From Camelus ferus (taxonomy: Eukaryota): a stretch of DNA of 64,000 nt. Each line of letters starts with the position of its first letter. Positions within the stretch are counted from its first letter, which is position 1. Shown in pieces: positions 13,690 through 27,315 of this stretch. The notes under the pieces are model-generated. The model made no database searches. It saw nothing but the letters and a program-made list of their open reading frames with translations, and had not been told where the DNA came from. The stretch lies in the NCBI RefSeq assembly GCF_009834535.1, contig NC_045696.1, positions 42,906,001 to 42,970,000 of the forward strand, in the 5' to 3' direction. Made by a program: the position numbers and the translations under genes.

Positions 13690-14600
13690 TATAATTTTGA
13701 GATATATAGAACACCTAAAATTACATTAAAACAAGACCAAACCTAGGAGGCAAATAAAAAGAGAACATTTAGGGACGAGTAGCTCATAGAAAAATAAAAA
13801 TGACTCAAAGTAATACAACTCTGCTCATTTCTACATATAAAACAAATAACGCAAAACAAAACTGTACTCAAACACACACTATATGTGTATACGTATAATC
13901 TGATGCATGATTCTGTCTGATTAATCTGGTTATATATATAGAAATATGTATATATAATCAGAAATACATATACATATAATCAGAGTTCTTAAGAAAGAGC
14001 AAAGCCTCATGTATCTACATAGATAGATAGACAGACAGACAGACAGGTCTGATTAGAAAATGACCCCAGACATACATGGGAAATAACACTGTCACCTAGT
14101 CTATGGGAAAACAGAGACACTTGTATATTTCTGGTTTCAATATGGGCACCGTGAGGAATATAACCACTATGAAAGATAGTTTGGCAATATTGAACATAGT
14201 TAGAAACAAATATTCTTTGATCCTTACAGTTTAATTATTTTATCTTTGCACTAGAGACATTTTGCACAATGTAATGACACATATAAAAACATACTCATTT
14301 CAGCATTATTTAAATAATAACAGAATAGAAACATCCTACATGTGTATTATTGGTGGACTATTTAAATGATAGCACAGTAATTAGAAACATAACTTTTTGT
14401 GATGTTATGGAAAGAGCTCAAGGATTTATCGTCGAGTAAAAAGAATGTAACTGAACATAAACAAAAGACTAATAGCAGTGATGTGGGGAGACAAATGGGT
14501 GGCTGTGAGAAGGAAACTTTTTGACGTATCTCCTCTTTGTACCTTTTCATTTTGGAATCAGTGACTGTACTATCTATACAAAAATATATTATGAAATTAA
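13690..14600 (+). mobile_element. Old L1ME-type ORF2 end / 3' UTR, decayed
   Basis: 'aaccactatgaaagatagtttggcaatat', 'actcatttcagcattattt', 'atggaaagagctcaaggattta', ending 'tttgtaccttttcattttggaatcagtgactgtactatctatacaaaaa'. Confidence 0.6.
14019..14045. repeat. (TAGA)n(CAGA)n microsatellite
   Basis: 'atagatagatagacagacagacagaca' is seen directly. Confidence 0.85.
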
Positions 14601-14989
14601 AATTAAAAATAGAAATGAGATGCAATAAAATTAGCAAGGGTATTCTCTTAGATCACTATTCTCTGTAGACATAAAATCAACATTGAGACTTACGTAAAAT
14701 GATTGCTTTACAAATCACACACACAAAGTGTATGAAGGAACCAAGAACACTGGTAACTAGCAATAGATTTACAATTGATGGTAGAGTATGACTGCTCGGA
14801 TTGATATGCTGAAATTTCACATCTCTGTGTCTTTTCATAGATTGTTCATCTCATCGTGACTAAAATCTCCTTCTCGTGTGGTTTTTTTTTTTTTAATTTG
14901 AGGAACGATATTCATTCTCCAATGCCTAGCCTAGCTCAAACCTTACTTTTAAAAATGGCAAGATACTCCAGTACCATTAGCTTCTTGCA

Positions 14990-15172
14990 CTGGTCTTTCA
15001 TGAGAACTCTGATCACATATGTATTTTAGCACACGCAGTCTCTGACTGTATTCTTCCTTGTCCTTCCCCTTAACGTACTGAGAGCAAGGATTGCACCTTC
15101 TTCGTTGTGTCTTCTCGGCATTGCTGTCTGGCACGTAGTGGGAGACCAATGAATGTTTTGAAATAATTGAAC
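14990..15172 (+). mobile_element. L2 3' end
   Basis: 'tgagagcaaggattgcacc...gtctggcacgtagtgggagaccaatgaatgttttgaaataattgaa' resembles the L2 terminus (gcctggcacatagtaggcgctcaataaatatttgttgaatgaa). Confidence 0.6.
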
Positions 15173-15329
15173 AATAAACAAAATGTATAAGGTAATCAAA
15201 ATGACTACATGAATATAAACTGTTTTAAAGAAAAATGTAAGAAAATAAAAGGACTTTTTATACTATGACTTTTTTACGACTATTATGAGGTATGAAAGAG
15301 TGCTATCAAAGGGGCACAACAGCAGCATT

Positions 15330-15497
15330 AGTTTTGAACAATGTGCTCAGGCCTTTACGTTATCCTAGTTTTGTGGGTTGGTTAACTGAAGTGAATAAAG
15401 GTTAAGTAATTTTCCTCAGATAAGACAATATAAAAATTGAACAACTAGGGATTAGAAAGCAGTCTGTATTTCCTCAAAGCCTGAACCCTTTGCATCA
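15330..15497 (-). mobile_element. MIR fragment
   Basis: 'aactgaagtgaataaaggttaagtaattttcctcaga...ctagggattagaaagcagtctg...caaagcctgaacccttt' resembles the antisense MIR core. Confidence 0.5.
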
Positions 15498-15768
15498 CAA
15501 ATCTCAGATACTCTAAACCAGGGTGACACAGATGACTAAAGCAGACCGTAGACTCCAGGGACTACCTAGAGATGTGTCTGCATTTATTTATTCCACCAAC
15601 TGGGAACCATGAAATTAATGAGAAAAGTATATAGATGACCTGTTAGTACCATTTCTTTGCATTACTTTTAGCTGTGGCTTCTTAGCTCTGCTTCGTATTC
15701 ATTGAAGATGTAGAAGATGACAAGATGAAACTAAGAACCATGTTTTTTTTTCGAAATATATTTCCTGA

Positions 15769-15925
15769 GGGGGAGGGTGTAGCTCAGTGATACAGTGTGT
15801 GTTTAGCATGCAGGAGGTCCTGCGCTCAGTCTCCAGTACCTCCGTTCAATCAATCAATCAATCAATCTAATCCCCCCCACCATAAAAAATTTTAAATACA
15901 GCCAAAAAAGTTCACAAATGAAAAA
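15769..15925 (+). mobile_element. tRNA-Ala-derived SINE, Vic-1-like (camelid)
   Basis: tRNA-like head GGGGGAGGGTGTAGCTCAGTGATACAGTGTGTGTTTAGCATGCAGGAGGTCCTGCGCTCAGTCTCCAGTACCTCC with an A box, a decayed B box and a TAGCA anticodon-loop remnant. It is followed by (CAAT)n, a C-run and an A-rich tail. Degenerate TSD aatatatttcctga / aaaacattttctga. Confidence 0.85.
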
Positions 15926-17665
15926 ACATTTTCTGAAAGAATGAAAAACTGTCACGGGTTAACTATGAAAGTAGTGGACATTCTAATTAGTTAGTCTTTT
16001 TAAGATAGTAAGATTATCTGATGACCCAGATGCATTAGATTTGCTTCTATCAAGAGGTAGGTTGGTGAGTTCATACAATGCTGTCTTCTGATTCCTCTCT
16101 TCTATCAGTGTTCTGAGTGTTAAACAAATGAAGAATTAAGTTTTAGGTCTCAATCCCTATACTACTTTCTCCTTTATTTCTAGCCTTTTTTTTCCTTCCC
16201 TTTCTTTTGTAATTTATACCAAAGCTAAAATATACTTATTTTGCCTGTGGGCAAATTTTACCACCAGTGGGCTTCACTGATACATTCAGTTACATTTCCC
16301 TCTCATTATTCAATTGGTTTATATGTGTTCACGGCTTTGTGATTTTTTTTAATTCTTAGTATACATCAGTGGAAATACCACTGCTTATTGTTCAGAAGCA
16401 AAAATTTAAAATAATAACTAAAACCCCAAAAAATGAGGCTCAAGCTTGGTTAGAAAAAAACACTTCTGTTTATTCTATTTAATTAAATGGATGTGTATTC
16501 AGCCTATTTTTTTCTTTCCATAGTTTTAGATTTAATACAACTAAAAATAGAAAGTAAGAAATGACTGCTAAGTGCTAATTAATACTATTTGTTATCTCTG
16601 ATGATTCTATTTTATGTTCTTTAATCATATGTCTTAAATTACAGGAATGATATGGAAATACATTGATATTTATAAAATAGTTTGATGTAATAAAGATATT
16701 ATCTACACAGACTGACATTTATTACTTTTATACATGACTGACATTTATGGCTTTTTTGATGCTCAACATATGTTTACTCCAAAAGAGTCATGAACTCTCC
16801 TTTGACCTTGAGAAACAGAAATCTTTCAGATAAAGGTCTTTTTAGACATATTAAAATAGATCATGCAATGGTTTATCAGATAGTCAGCTGACACATTCTG
16901 TGGTCTCAGAAAATCCCATTTCCCACTGAGAGTAGTTCTTTGGTCATATGAATTCATCGGAAGTTGAGGAAAGGGGAGAATGCAAGTTTCACGATGTATT
17001 TCAATAGTCTCACCTAGTGTATTATCCTTAAAAGTCTAGCCACAGAGCAGGAAGTAGCTGAACTTTGGTTTGACACATGCAGTGACAGACTGAGCAGAAG
17101 AGGGAATGGATAAACTTACGAGGGAGGCAAAATAGAAGTCATTTCTGTTTCCATAGTACATTTCTTTGAAGGAGCTCAGGGCAAGTGATGAAAAAGATAA
17201 GATGCTGTATATGAACTAATTTTCTCTCAGAAACCAGTCTAAAAACGAGGAATACAGAATACTCACTGGCACATGGTCATGTGTGCTGAGGAATCGTTAT
17301 AGGCCATTTGTTAACTTAGGACCTGATCCTGACAGTGGTGGAGGCAGGATTTGTGACCTTCTCTGTCGACTCAGTCTTTACTCATTTTTCAAGGCTTTAG
17401 CCCCTTCTCCCATGAAACCCTCTTGAGAGCCTCAATTCAAACTGCTCTCTTCTCTCTCAGAAGACCTGTTAAAACCATTAAGCAGTTAAAACCTCATATT
17501 TTGGGTGAACTAACAACTACTTGGACACTGACATCAAGGCAGTCATTTATTGAAGGAAAGCCCCACTTAAGCAGCTTTGTTATTATTCTTGTTCCATTTA
17601 GGAGCCCGCCCCAAAGATACACCATATCTTTTCTTGCCTGAATGCTGGAGACTTTTAAGTGTGAT

Positions 17666-18041
17666 CATCGTGGTTAATTTGATGTATCAACTTGACTAGG
17701 TCACGTGGGGCCCAGATATTTAAACATTACTCTGGGTGTGTCTGTGAGAGTGTTTTTGGATGAGATTTATATCTGAGTTGATCAAGTGAGGAAAGCAGAT
17801 TGCCTTCCCCAAAGGAGAGGGCTTCATCCAACCAGTGAAAGCCCAAATAGAACAAAAACGCTGAGCAAGACAGACTTTGCTCTCCCTGCTTGATGGTTTG
17901 GAGCTGGGGCATTGGTTTCCTTCTGGTTCTCAGGCCTTCAGATGGCAGCTCTTGGGACTTCTCAGTCTCCATAATCATATGAACCAGTTCCCTTTATGTA
18001 TAAGTCCTCTTAGTTCTGTTTCTCTGAAGAACTCTAATACA
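17666..18041 (+). mobile_element. MLT2 (ERVL) solo LTR
   Basis: Begins 'gtggttaatttgatgtatcaacttgactagg...cccagatattt..aacattactctgggtgtgtctgtgagagtgttt' and ends 'ttctgtttctctgaagaactctaataca'. 5-bp TSD GTGAT at 17661-17665 and 18042-18046. Confidence 0.9.
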
Positions 18042-19161
18042 GTGATCAATGGAAAAAGACCTCTTAAAAGCAAAAGTTCTGGGAGAGAAGGGGCAGGGAG
18101 GTGGAGTAGGAAGGACACAGGGAGAGAGGAAACAGTCATTGCATTTCGGACTGCTTCATTGAAAATTCTGGTATTAACTCCATCCAGTATAAACTAAGTA
18201 CAAGGTTTCAATACACTTGTGGAAATCTAAGGAATTAGTGGAAAAATCAGTTTGGTCCATATGTTCCAAGGCAACTAAACTGGGCAGCATTTATCCAAAT
18301 GTATAATCTAAAAGTAAAGGCCCAACATATTTTCATATCCTCTCTGCAATTCTATTTGACTTCTTTTCCTTTCTCTGGCTCTAATCTTTCTATAAATAGA
18401 ATAAATAGGGAAATGCATGGATACTAATTCGTAGCTCTCTTCCATATTGTAGCATCCCTATCTTTTAAAATAACATGACAAAGAAGGAAAAACAGCATCA
18501 AGGGACCTCTCTGAAAAGAGATATCAGGGTTAAGGTTAAGAATGGCTCACATAGAAGGTGTTCTCCTTCCTGTTACACTCTCTTGTTCACCGTAAACTGT
18601 GCTAACCTTACACATTATTTACATACGTCTGTCAATTCTTACTCTATACCAATGTTTGTCACTCAGTCCAACAGTAATACAATTGGATTTTGCATATCTT
18701 TGGGGCCTCAGTGTCTTTACAAGATGTAATGAGAGTTTTAAGGGAGTAAGAATGTCTTTTTTACCCTGCTCTAATGTTGAGCCTGCGAGGAAAGGCTTAA
18801 TGCTTTTCATTTCTACTCTTTCTCAATTTGTCTTCTCCCTTAGAAAGAAAGACAGGAATGTAACTAACCATCTCGAAAGGTATTACAATGCATTGTCTCC
18901 AGAGGATGCACTGAATCTAATACACCGTTCCACCATGTTTTAAGTCATCAAAACTTCCTATTTTATATCATTAAGATGTGCAGTTGCGATGATTTTTTTG
19001 TGTAATTGTTTTTATCAAATTGGTAATTTTGATCAGTTGTGTATTAGTTATAGTTGTGTACTATGATGTAATAACAACATAAAACACAACACTAAATTTG
19101 AATTTTTGTGCTATGAAGTATGTTATCATAATCAATAGAAATTCCTTTGAGCAAACAAATA

Positions 19162-19487
19162 TAGTTGTCCTTCAGTATCTACAGTGGATTGGTTTCAGGA
19201 CTCCCACAGATAACAAAATCAACAGATGCTCAAGTCCCTTATATAAGATGTCATAGTAATTTTGCGTATAACCTACACACATACTTCTGTATACTTTAAA
19301 TCATCTCTAGATGACTCAAAATGCCCAATACAGAGCAAATGCTATGTAAATAGTTGTAAGTACAATGGAAATACTGTGTAAAAATTCAAGTTTTGCTTTT
19401 TGGAACTTTGTGTATTTTTTTCAAATATTTTCCATTTGTGATTGGTTGAATCCATGGAACAGAATCCACAGATATGGATGCCAACTG
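19162..19487 (+). mobile_element. MER2B-like TcMar-Tigger MITE
   Basis: 'tagttgtccttcagtatctacagtggattggtttcaggac...gatgctcaagtcccttatataa...ctttaaatcatctctagat...gatatggatgccaactg' has degenerate TIRs and TA on both flanks. Confidence 0.9.
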
Positions 19488-19744
19488 TATACAGTTAGGA
19501 TAAGATTTTGTGGAGTAACTGGAATGTAAACATGAGCTTCAGAAGGTAACTTGAACTTTCAGACTGCTAAAGAAGAGCTTGTTTATATTTGTTCCTGAAT
19601 AGATGATGGTAGCTACCAAACCATAATGTTTGTAGTCTACTCTGTTGGATGTATTTAAGAATAATGTACATCAACCATTCAGATTGTTTTCTCCAACTAG
19701 AATTCCTCACTGACAAGAATCAAGATTTTTTGGTATTAATGGTT

Positions 19745-21020
19745 GGTTTTAAGTCTGAGGCAGAAAATGTACAAAATAATTACTGGGGCAGATTTTTCAT
19801 GTGACAGAAAGCAAGTTAACTATTAGAAAAGCCAAAAGCAGACAAAAGAAACCTAATGGGTCATGCAAAAATAAAGGCTTCTAATGGCCAAAGATGAGAG
19901 TGTCACAATAGGGAATACAACTAATTTAAGAATATTGAATATAAATTAAATTATCCAAAATGATACACAGTAAAAAAAAAAAAAAAAAGAATAGTTTCCA
20001 AACACAACTCTCGTGACTGAGTTGCAGCTAACTGGAGTGCTGATAACTTACTGTAGTATTTGAATATTTAGGAAAAAATTAACCTTTTGTCCCACATTTC
20101 TTGCACAAACTGTATTTTAGGTTAACCAAATAGTCAAAATTGTTAAAGGAAATTCCTCCTTACAGAATTCCAGCTAATGAATGTAGATGAAATTGTGTAA
20201 TTATAAAATCACTATTTTATAGCCTGTATTTAATTTTTTTAAAGATAATGACCATAAATGGATGAAACTGTAACAGGAAGAAATGACAGCAGACTTTATA
20301 ATTGAGGAAACCAGCTGCTGTCATTTGAACCCACTGAAATCTTTGTACCCCTAAACACGATGAAATCCTCCTCTATCCTTCTAATAATATTCAGAATAAA
20401 GCACCTGGCAGACCCTGTGAGACACTCTTGCCAAAATACTTTTACCTAATTTTAGCCTTGATAGTGGTTAAATTTATGGGAAATAAAGGGACTAGAAGAA
20501 TAAGCAGAATAATACAAAAAAAGCAAATTGACACATTTAGAATGTGGATCATACTAGAGGTCAACTTCATCTGTTTCTATAAAGAATTTTGGCACAAAAT
20601 ATGAGAAGGGAAGAGGAAGATGTGTGATTAAAAAGTTTTAAGATGTATAACATCAAAAGTGATGTGTGGTCCTCAGGTAATCTTGTTTTGAATAAAAGGA
20701 CTTTAGAAAGATGTTTTTGAAAGAAATAGAAAAATTGGATTATGAACTCTATCAGATGATACTGAAGACATCATTAATTTGTTAGGAATGGTAATGGTTA
20801 TAATAGAAAAGTGCATGTTACTTACAAATTCATACTTAAATAGAGTAAAATGACATTTCTGGGATTTCTTTTATAATGCCTCAAGAAGGAGTAAAAAAAT
20901 TTAGAGGAAGCAAAACCAAATAATTATTGAATCTAGGATAATGGATAGAAAGGATTCAGTGTACTGTTCTCTTTGGTGTAGTTTATACATGAATATTTTT
21001 CCAATAAAATAAAATTTAAA
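19745..21020 (+). mobile_element. L1MC4/5-type long 3' UTR fragment
   Basis: 'tctgaggcagaaaatgtacaa', 'aactgtattttaggttaaccaaatag', 'ccttacagaattccagctaatgaatgtaga', ending 'ttgaatctagg...gaatatttttccaataaaataaaatttaaa'. Confidence 0.7.
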
Positions 21021-24000
21021 GTGTCAATATCTACATATTTCAGAAATACATCATTTGTAATTAGTTAAATGTATGACAAAATCTTGCATTTCAACCAAAT
21101 AATGTGTAGAAGTATAGAGTTTTTCAAAATTAACTTGGAGATTGCACAAAGAATTTTGAAGAACCTGGTCAAAGTAAACCACCAAATCGATTGAACTGTG
21201 CCTATGGCCTGATCTTGAATGTAATTTTGACATCTATGATCCATTTAGATACCATCACCAAAAAAAAATAGTTGATGTGGCTGCAAGGATTCTAGAGTTA
21301 TGTGCTGATTTATTTACTTACTTAAATACTGATTGATCTGGCATCCAGAGTTTTGCTCCTGAGGTCTAAGTTGAAACCCTTAATCTGCCATCTTCCTCAG
21401 AACAAATTTCCTCTATTGATGGTTGCCATATCCTTTTGCAAGCAGAACCCTGTGATATTTTTAACCCTGTTTCAGTTTCCTGTGTGAACTTGAACTTAAA
21501 GTTGTAAATTACTTGCCTCCTGAAGTGTTATATGCAAATAATAACTTAATCGCTTTCCAGCAGAAATTGAGGTTATGATTTATTTGTCAATTTATTTACA
21601 AAATATCCCTTTTTCCACCAAAGGAAAGAATATCTTCAAATATGGTTATGTTTGGACAAAGTACATAAAATACTATCAAGAGCTTTCCCTTAAACCCCTG
21701 TTTTGGAATCGGTGCCTTGTATGAAATTACAAGTAGCTGCATTTTATTGGCCAGTAGTTGACAAAATGGAGTGCTAGTTACAGTATGAAAATATATCCCA
21801 AGTTGTGTTGCAATGAAATGACACTTCTTGGGCAGCAAATGCAAATAAATTGGGGCATTAAGCACCCAAGTTCTAAAACAAAAATACTGAGAGTAAAATG
21901 GATTTTGTGTTTGCAGTTATAACATACGTACTTTCCCACAAATCTCTCACTTGAATAGGGCACAGCTGCTTCTGTATTAAGTCATTTTAGCAGTATGAAA
22001 GAGAAAAATTCAGTGAAAGATTATTTCACATTGAAAATGTTTTTCATTGTATACTTCTGAAAAGATTTACCACTGAAGAACTATGTTATGGTAAACCTGT
22101 AATATGAAGTGCCGGTGAGCTCTTTTCCTATCGCATTAAAGTAAGAAGCCATTGGATAAAGCAGTTACGGAGTGAAGGTTGGGCCCATTAACACCTTGAC
22201 CTCACACTAGTAGTTTGACAGTCAGTACCCAGGACTTGGACTTCATGTACTGAAAGGAAAGTGTAAACAAAGCCTTAGAAACAGCGGGATTGTTGGAGGT
22301 CAATGGACGCGTTGCTGCTGCTGTAAAGCCTTCTCTGCCCTGTGCATCTATCAGACCTACACGATGCTCGTATGAGGAGAGTGAAAGTTCAAAAACTAAG
22401 ATGTTAGAGTGCTCCAAGGCCGTCTAGGGAATGTGGAGATTCAGAGGGCCTTAGTGGGCTTAAAAGAAGCATCAGCCAATTTCTCCCAAGAGCCTGTCAT
22501 CCTCAGAAAATGTACAGCTGAATTCTGATTTAGATAAAGTCATTAAATGGGGCTGACAAGTCTTTTGAGCCAAGAACATACTATCAAAGTGAGGCTTATC
22601 TGTAGATGAAGCAGGATGTTTCTTCACAGCATGAATTAGAGGGGTTTAAAAGGACTTGTATCCCCAAATGTCCTTTTCTTCTGCACACTTAGGCCCCCTA
22701 CCCCGACACACACAGACAAGATTCACTGAACTTCTTGAAGTCCTCTGTACACATCCTAATTTTTTTGTGTGTTTTTATAATGTAACCATTTTTCCTCTCT
22801 GCAATGCAGTGTTGTTCCTCCCCAGTCTCACTCAATGTCCACTGTATTCTTATCCTTTAAATTTTTATTTCTAAATAATCTCAACAATATTCCCATAGAT
22901 TATCATACTCTTTAATCTCTTACCTCCATCCTCAACTTTTCCATTTCTTCACAAACAATACTGGAGCGAGATTTTCATTGTCCCTCCTTCCCAATATTAT
23001 GCTTATTTATTCATCTTTATGCTTATATTCAAAGGAAGATGTACCCCAAAGCAAATCCCTAGATGGGCACTGATTTTATCTTCAGCTGTTGAAGACAATG
23101 CTGTTCCATGAATTGTCCTGTTTCTTCAAACTCTCCTCTCTGATTGGCAGTTCTTTTTACCATATATAAATAAAGAAATCACTCCTATATTTAAACAAAA
23201 CAGTACTCTTTTCTGTTTTCCAGTCATTTAGTTTTTATCCTGTGTTTCTCTAACTTCAAAAATGAGCGATTATAAAAAAAGTTCTACACCAATTTTATAT
23301 TTCCTATACCCTGGTATTTGGTGTCTCCCCTATTTATCTACTGGTGCTCAATAAATTTAATAGTTTCATAAATTCATAAAAATGCATAAGGTCTCAAAGT
23401 TCTTGCATTTTAGATACATACCACAAAATATGTGCAAATACTATTTTGATTTACTTCTAAATATCCTAAAATATCAGTGTGTACATCTCTACCCTGATAA
23501 CATTTTATTAAAATTCCTGTGTTACACATGAGAATTTTAGACTGCTAGAGTATAGGAACCATGTTTGATTTTATTTTTACCCTTCTCATTTGTACAGCAG
23601 GGTATTGATATTGGTAGGGATTTGTTTTTAGGACCCAGTTGTCACCAAGAGGTACAGAAAAGATAAAGAGAAAAGGAGAATTCATGCACGCACTTGGAAT
23701 TGACAGAAAAATAACCAACCCAAATCCACACCGAATGTTGCTGCTGAAATATTTACATGTGAGAGGACACGCTAGAAGGAAGGACTTTTTAAAAAATACA
23801 TTGTTCACATACCCTCATCACCATTGCCCTCATGAGCTCTTCAGAAGAGACGGTTTTCCTTGTGACCAGAGCCTTAAGATAAGTCTGTCCATACAGATAT
23901 AACAGAAATCCAGGTGTGAGTAGGAAGCAGCAGAGAAGAGATGATTAGTGGGGGTGGCAATAGCTTTTCCTTTCTCAATGTTCATTTCTTTCTGATGACT

Positions 24001-24270
24001 GGCTAAATTTTTGACCCTGAATTCTAAGGTGCACCTACATCATCATAATATATTATTCTTTCTTTAAACTTTCAAGTTGGTTTCTGATACTTAAAACTAG
24101 AGTCAACTCACTTGAGTAATGAAGAGATATAGAACTTTTAAGTTGAATTAGGTCCCATTTCTTTATTTTTGCTAAAGAGATTACTACTCTTAGCACTACC
24201 TGGTGGATTGGCCTCAATATAAATGTCATTTTTAATTTAAATTTTTCTTTCTGAGAATCTGATACCTTCA

Positions 24271-26657
24271 TTTTTTAAAAAAATTGAAATGTAGTTGATT
24301 TACAGTCCTACTGGTTTCATGTGTGTAGCATGGTGAATCAGTATTTTTTTGGATTATATTTCATTCTAGGTACTAGATAATGGGTATAACATTGCTTGTG
24401 CTATACAGTTTATCCTTGTCACTTATCTATTTTATATATAGTACTTTGTATCTGTTAATCCCATATCCCTATTTGTCTTTCCCCACCTCCATTTCCCCTT
24501 TGGTAACCACAAGTTTGTTTTCTGTATCTATGAGTCTGTTTCTGTTTTATATATACATTAACTGTATTACTTTTTAGATGTCATGTATAAATGATATTCA
24601 TATAGTATTTGTCTTTCTCTGTGTGACTTAATTCACTTAAGATATTTTCTAGGTCTATCCATGTTACTACAAATGGCAATATGTCATTTTTTAGGGTTGA
24701 GTAATATTCCATTGTGTATGTATGTATTATATATATATGTATATATGTGTGTATGTATATACCACATCTTAAACCAATTGTCTGTTGATGGGTACTTGAG
24801 TTGTTTCCGTATCTTGGCTATTGTAAATAATGCTGCTGTGCACCTTGAAATGCACATATCTCTTCGAATTAGAGTTTTTTTTTTTTTCTGGTTATACACC
24901 CAGCAGTAAAATTGATTGGTCATATGGTAGTTATATTTTTAGTTTTTTAAGGAATCTCCACATTGTTTTCCATAGTGGATGCACCAATTTACGTTCCCAC
25001 AAGCAGCATTCAAAGGTTCCCTTTTCTCCACATCCTCTCTAACAATTGTTCTTTGGAGACTTTTTGGTGATAGCCATTCTGACAGGTGTGAGATGATACC
25101 TCATTGTGGGTCTCCTTTTCAGTTCTCTAATAGGTAGCAATATGAGCATCTTTTCATGTTTCTGTTAGCCATATGTATATCTTCTTTGGAAAAATTTCTT
25201 TTCAAATTTTCTGCCCACTTTTTATTGGATTATTGTTTTTGTTTTTGTTTTTGTTTTTTGATACTGAGTTGTTTGAGCTCTTTGTATATTTTGAATATTA
25301 ACCCCGCATTATTTACACATATTTTCTCCCATTCCGTAAGTTGTCTTTTCATTTTGTTGATGGTTTCCTTTTCTGTGCAAAAGTGTTTAAGTTTGTTTAG
25401 GTCCCACTTGTTAATTTCTGCTTTTATTTCTTTTGCTTTAGGAGACTGATAATAGAAACATTGCTTCAAGTTTTGTCAGAGTGTTCCGCCTCTGTTCTCT
25501 TTTAGGAGTTTTATGGTTTCAGGTCTTACATATAGGTTTTTAAACTATTTTGAGTTTATTTTTGTATATGGTATGAAGGATTGTTCTAATCTCATTGTTT
25601 TACATGTAGCTGTCCAGGTTTCACAGCACCAATTGTTGAAGAGACTGTCTTTTCTTCATTGTGTATTCTTGCCTTCTTTACCATAGATTGTTTGTGTGGG
25701 TTATTTCTGGGCTCTCTATTCTGTTTTAATGATCTATGTGTCTGTTTTTTGTGCCAGTACTGCACTGTTTTGATTATTGCAACTTTGTAGTATAGTCTGA
25801 AGTCTGGAAAGGTTATACCTCCAGCTCTGTTCTTTTTTTCTCAGGGGTGCTTTGGCAGTTTGGGGGTCTTTTGTGGTTCCATGTAACTAAAGGAAAGACA
25901 AAAAAATCACATCATCTCTATAGATGCAGACAAATCATTTTATGGAATTCAACATCTGTTCATGATAAAACTCTCGTAAAAGTGGTTATAGAGGAAATGT
26001 ATATCACAATAATAAAGGCCATTTTTGACAAACCCACAGCCAACGTAATACCCAACACTAAAAAGCTAAAAGCCTTCCTGCTAAATTTAGGAACAAGACA
26101 AGAATGCCCACTCTCGCTGTTTCCATTTAACATAGTATTAGAAGTCCTAGCTCCACCAATCAGACAAGAAAATGAAAATAAATGGTACCCAAATTTGAAG
26201 GGAAGAAGTAAAACTGTCACTATTTGCAGATGACACATTGAGAACCCTGAAGTCTCCACCCAAAACTGTTAGAACGAATAAATGAATTCAGCAGGTTGCA
26301 TGATATAAGATTAATATACATAAATCTGTTGCATTTCTTTACACTAATAATGGAATGTTAGAAAGTAAAAAATATCCTCATTTAAAAATCACATTTAAAA
26401 AAAATACCTAAGAATAAACTTAACCAAGAAGATGAAAGACCTATCTTCTATACAAAGCAAAGTTCTATAAAACACTGATGAAGGAAATTGAAGATAATTC
26501 AAAGGGAGAGAAAGATATCCCATGCTCTTGGATTAGAAGAATTAATATCAAAATGGCCATACTACCCTAAGCAATCTAAAAATTTGATGCAGTCCCTGTT
26601 AAAATACCCAGGACACTTTTCAACAAAACTAGAACAAATAATTCTAAAATTTATATG
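24271..26657 (-). mobile_element. 5'-truncated L1 with 5' inversion (minus part 24271-25884, inverted plus part 25885-26657)
   Basis: Minus-strand ORF2 C-terminal peptides appear in the ORF track ([39 protein letters not shown]). Plus-strand RT peptides are also present (DKPTANVI...[18 protein letters not shown]; 'tttgcagatgac' = FADD). The plus part ends 'aaaatttatatg', which abuts the minus part's 'atggaaccacaaaagaccc' in L1 consensus order. Confidence 0.92.
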
Positions 26658-27315
26658 TAACTATGTTCATCTTCTAAGAACCAACAATTCAGGTTGGTTA
26701 CATAAAATAGAAAAGAACAGTTGGCAATATGAAATGGAAAAGAGGTTTTTTTTAAATTTAGTTAATTTAAAAAACTTTTTTTAATAAAAAGGATTGATAG
26801 GAAAACTGAGAGAATTATAATTAAGTTTAAGAATTCATAGAGTATTTTACAAATTGTATATAGACCTTATAGCCACTGTTTTACTTTTAAAAAATCAATT
26901 TCAGCTAAAACATTAGTATTTGGTTGAATGCAAAAAAAAAAAATAGATGTTTACTATAACTCCAGATCTGTCTCCTCAGTCCTATAATCAATAATACATA
27001 TTGATGCACACTGTACCTTTAGTAAGATTAAAAACCGTCATAGAATTTAAAGGCTGTCTGTAAAGGCATAATAATAAGGCTACTTTTGCTAACTGCTGAA
27101 TTGCCTTTCTGACAGAAAACAGCAGCTAACATAAAGAAGTGCTATTCAGCAAATTACAAGCAAACAGGCCAAAAAAAACCCCAGCTCATTCAATTATAGA
27201 AAGAAGGTGAAATTTAGATAGAATAGAGGTAATGTTTGAGATGGGACATTTGGCTGCATACTTCCAGAAACACAGCAGAACTGAATAATGATAGTATTCT
27301 CATAGATACAATAAA

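Noticed and set aside
15769..15843. tRNA-Ala gene
   Set aside because: The B box/T arm is decayed (GCTCAGTC instead of GTTCRANC). It is followed by a SINE-type tail and TSD rather than an oligo-T terminator.
16710..16748. Duplicated GACTGACATTTAT at 26-bp spacing
   Set aside because: Only two copies; a routine slippage duplication.
22700..23360. Possible L2 fragments
   Set aside because: Pyrimidine-rich and L2-like in composition, but too decayed to support by eye.
25847..26233. Stand-alone reverse transcriptase / retron-like gene
   Set aside because: It is a chimeric frame across an L1 inversion junction. The RT motifs are ordinary broken L1 ORF2.
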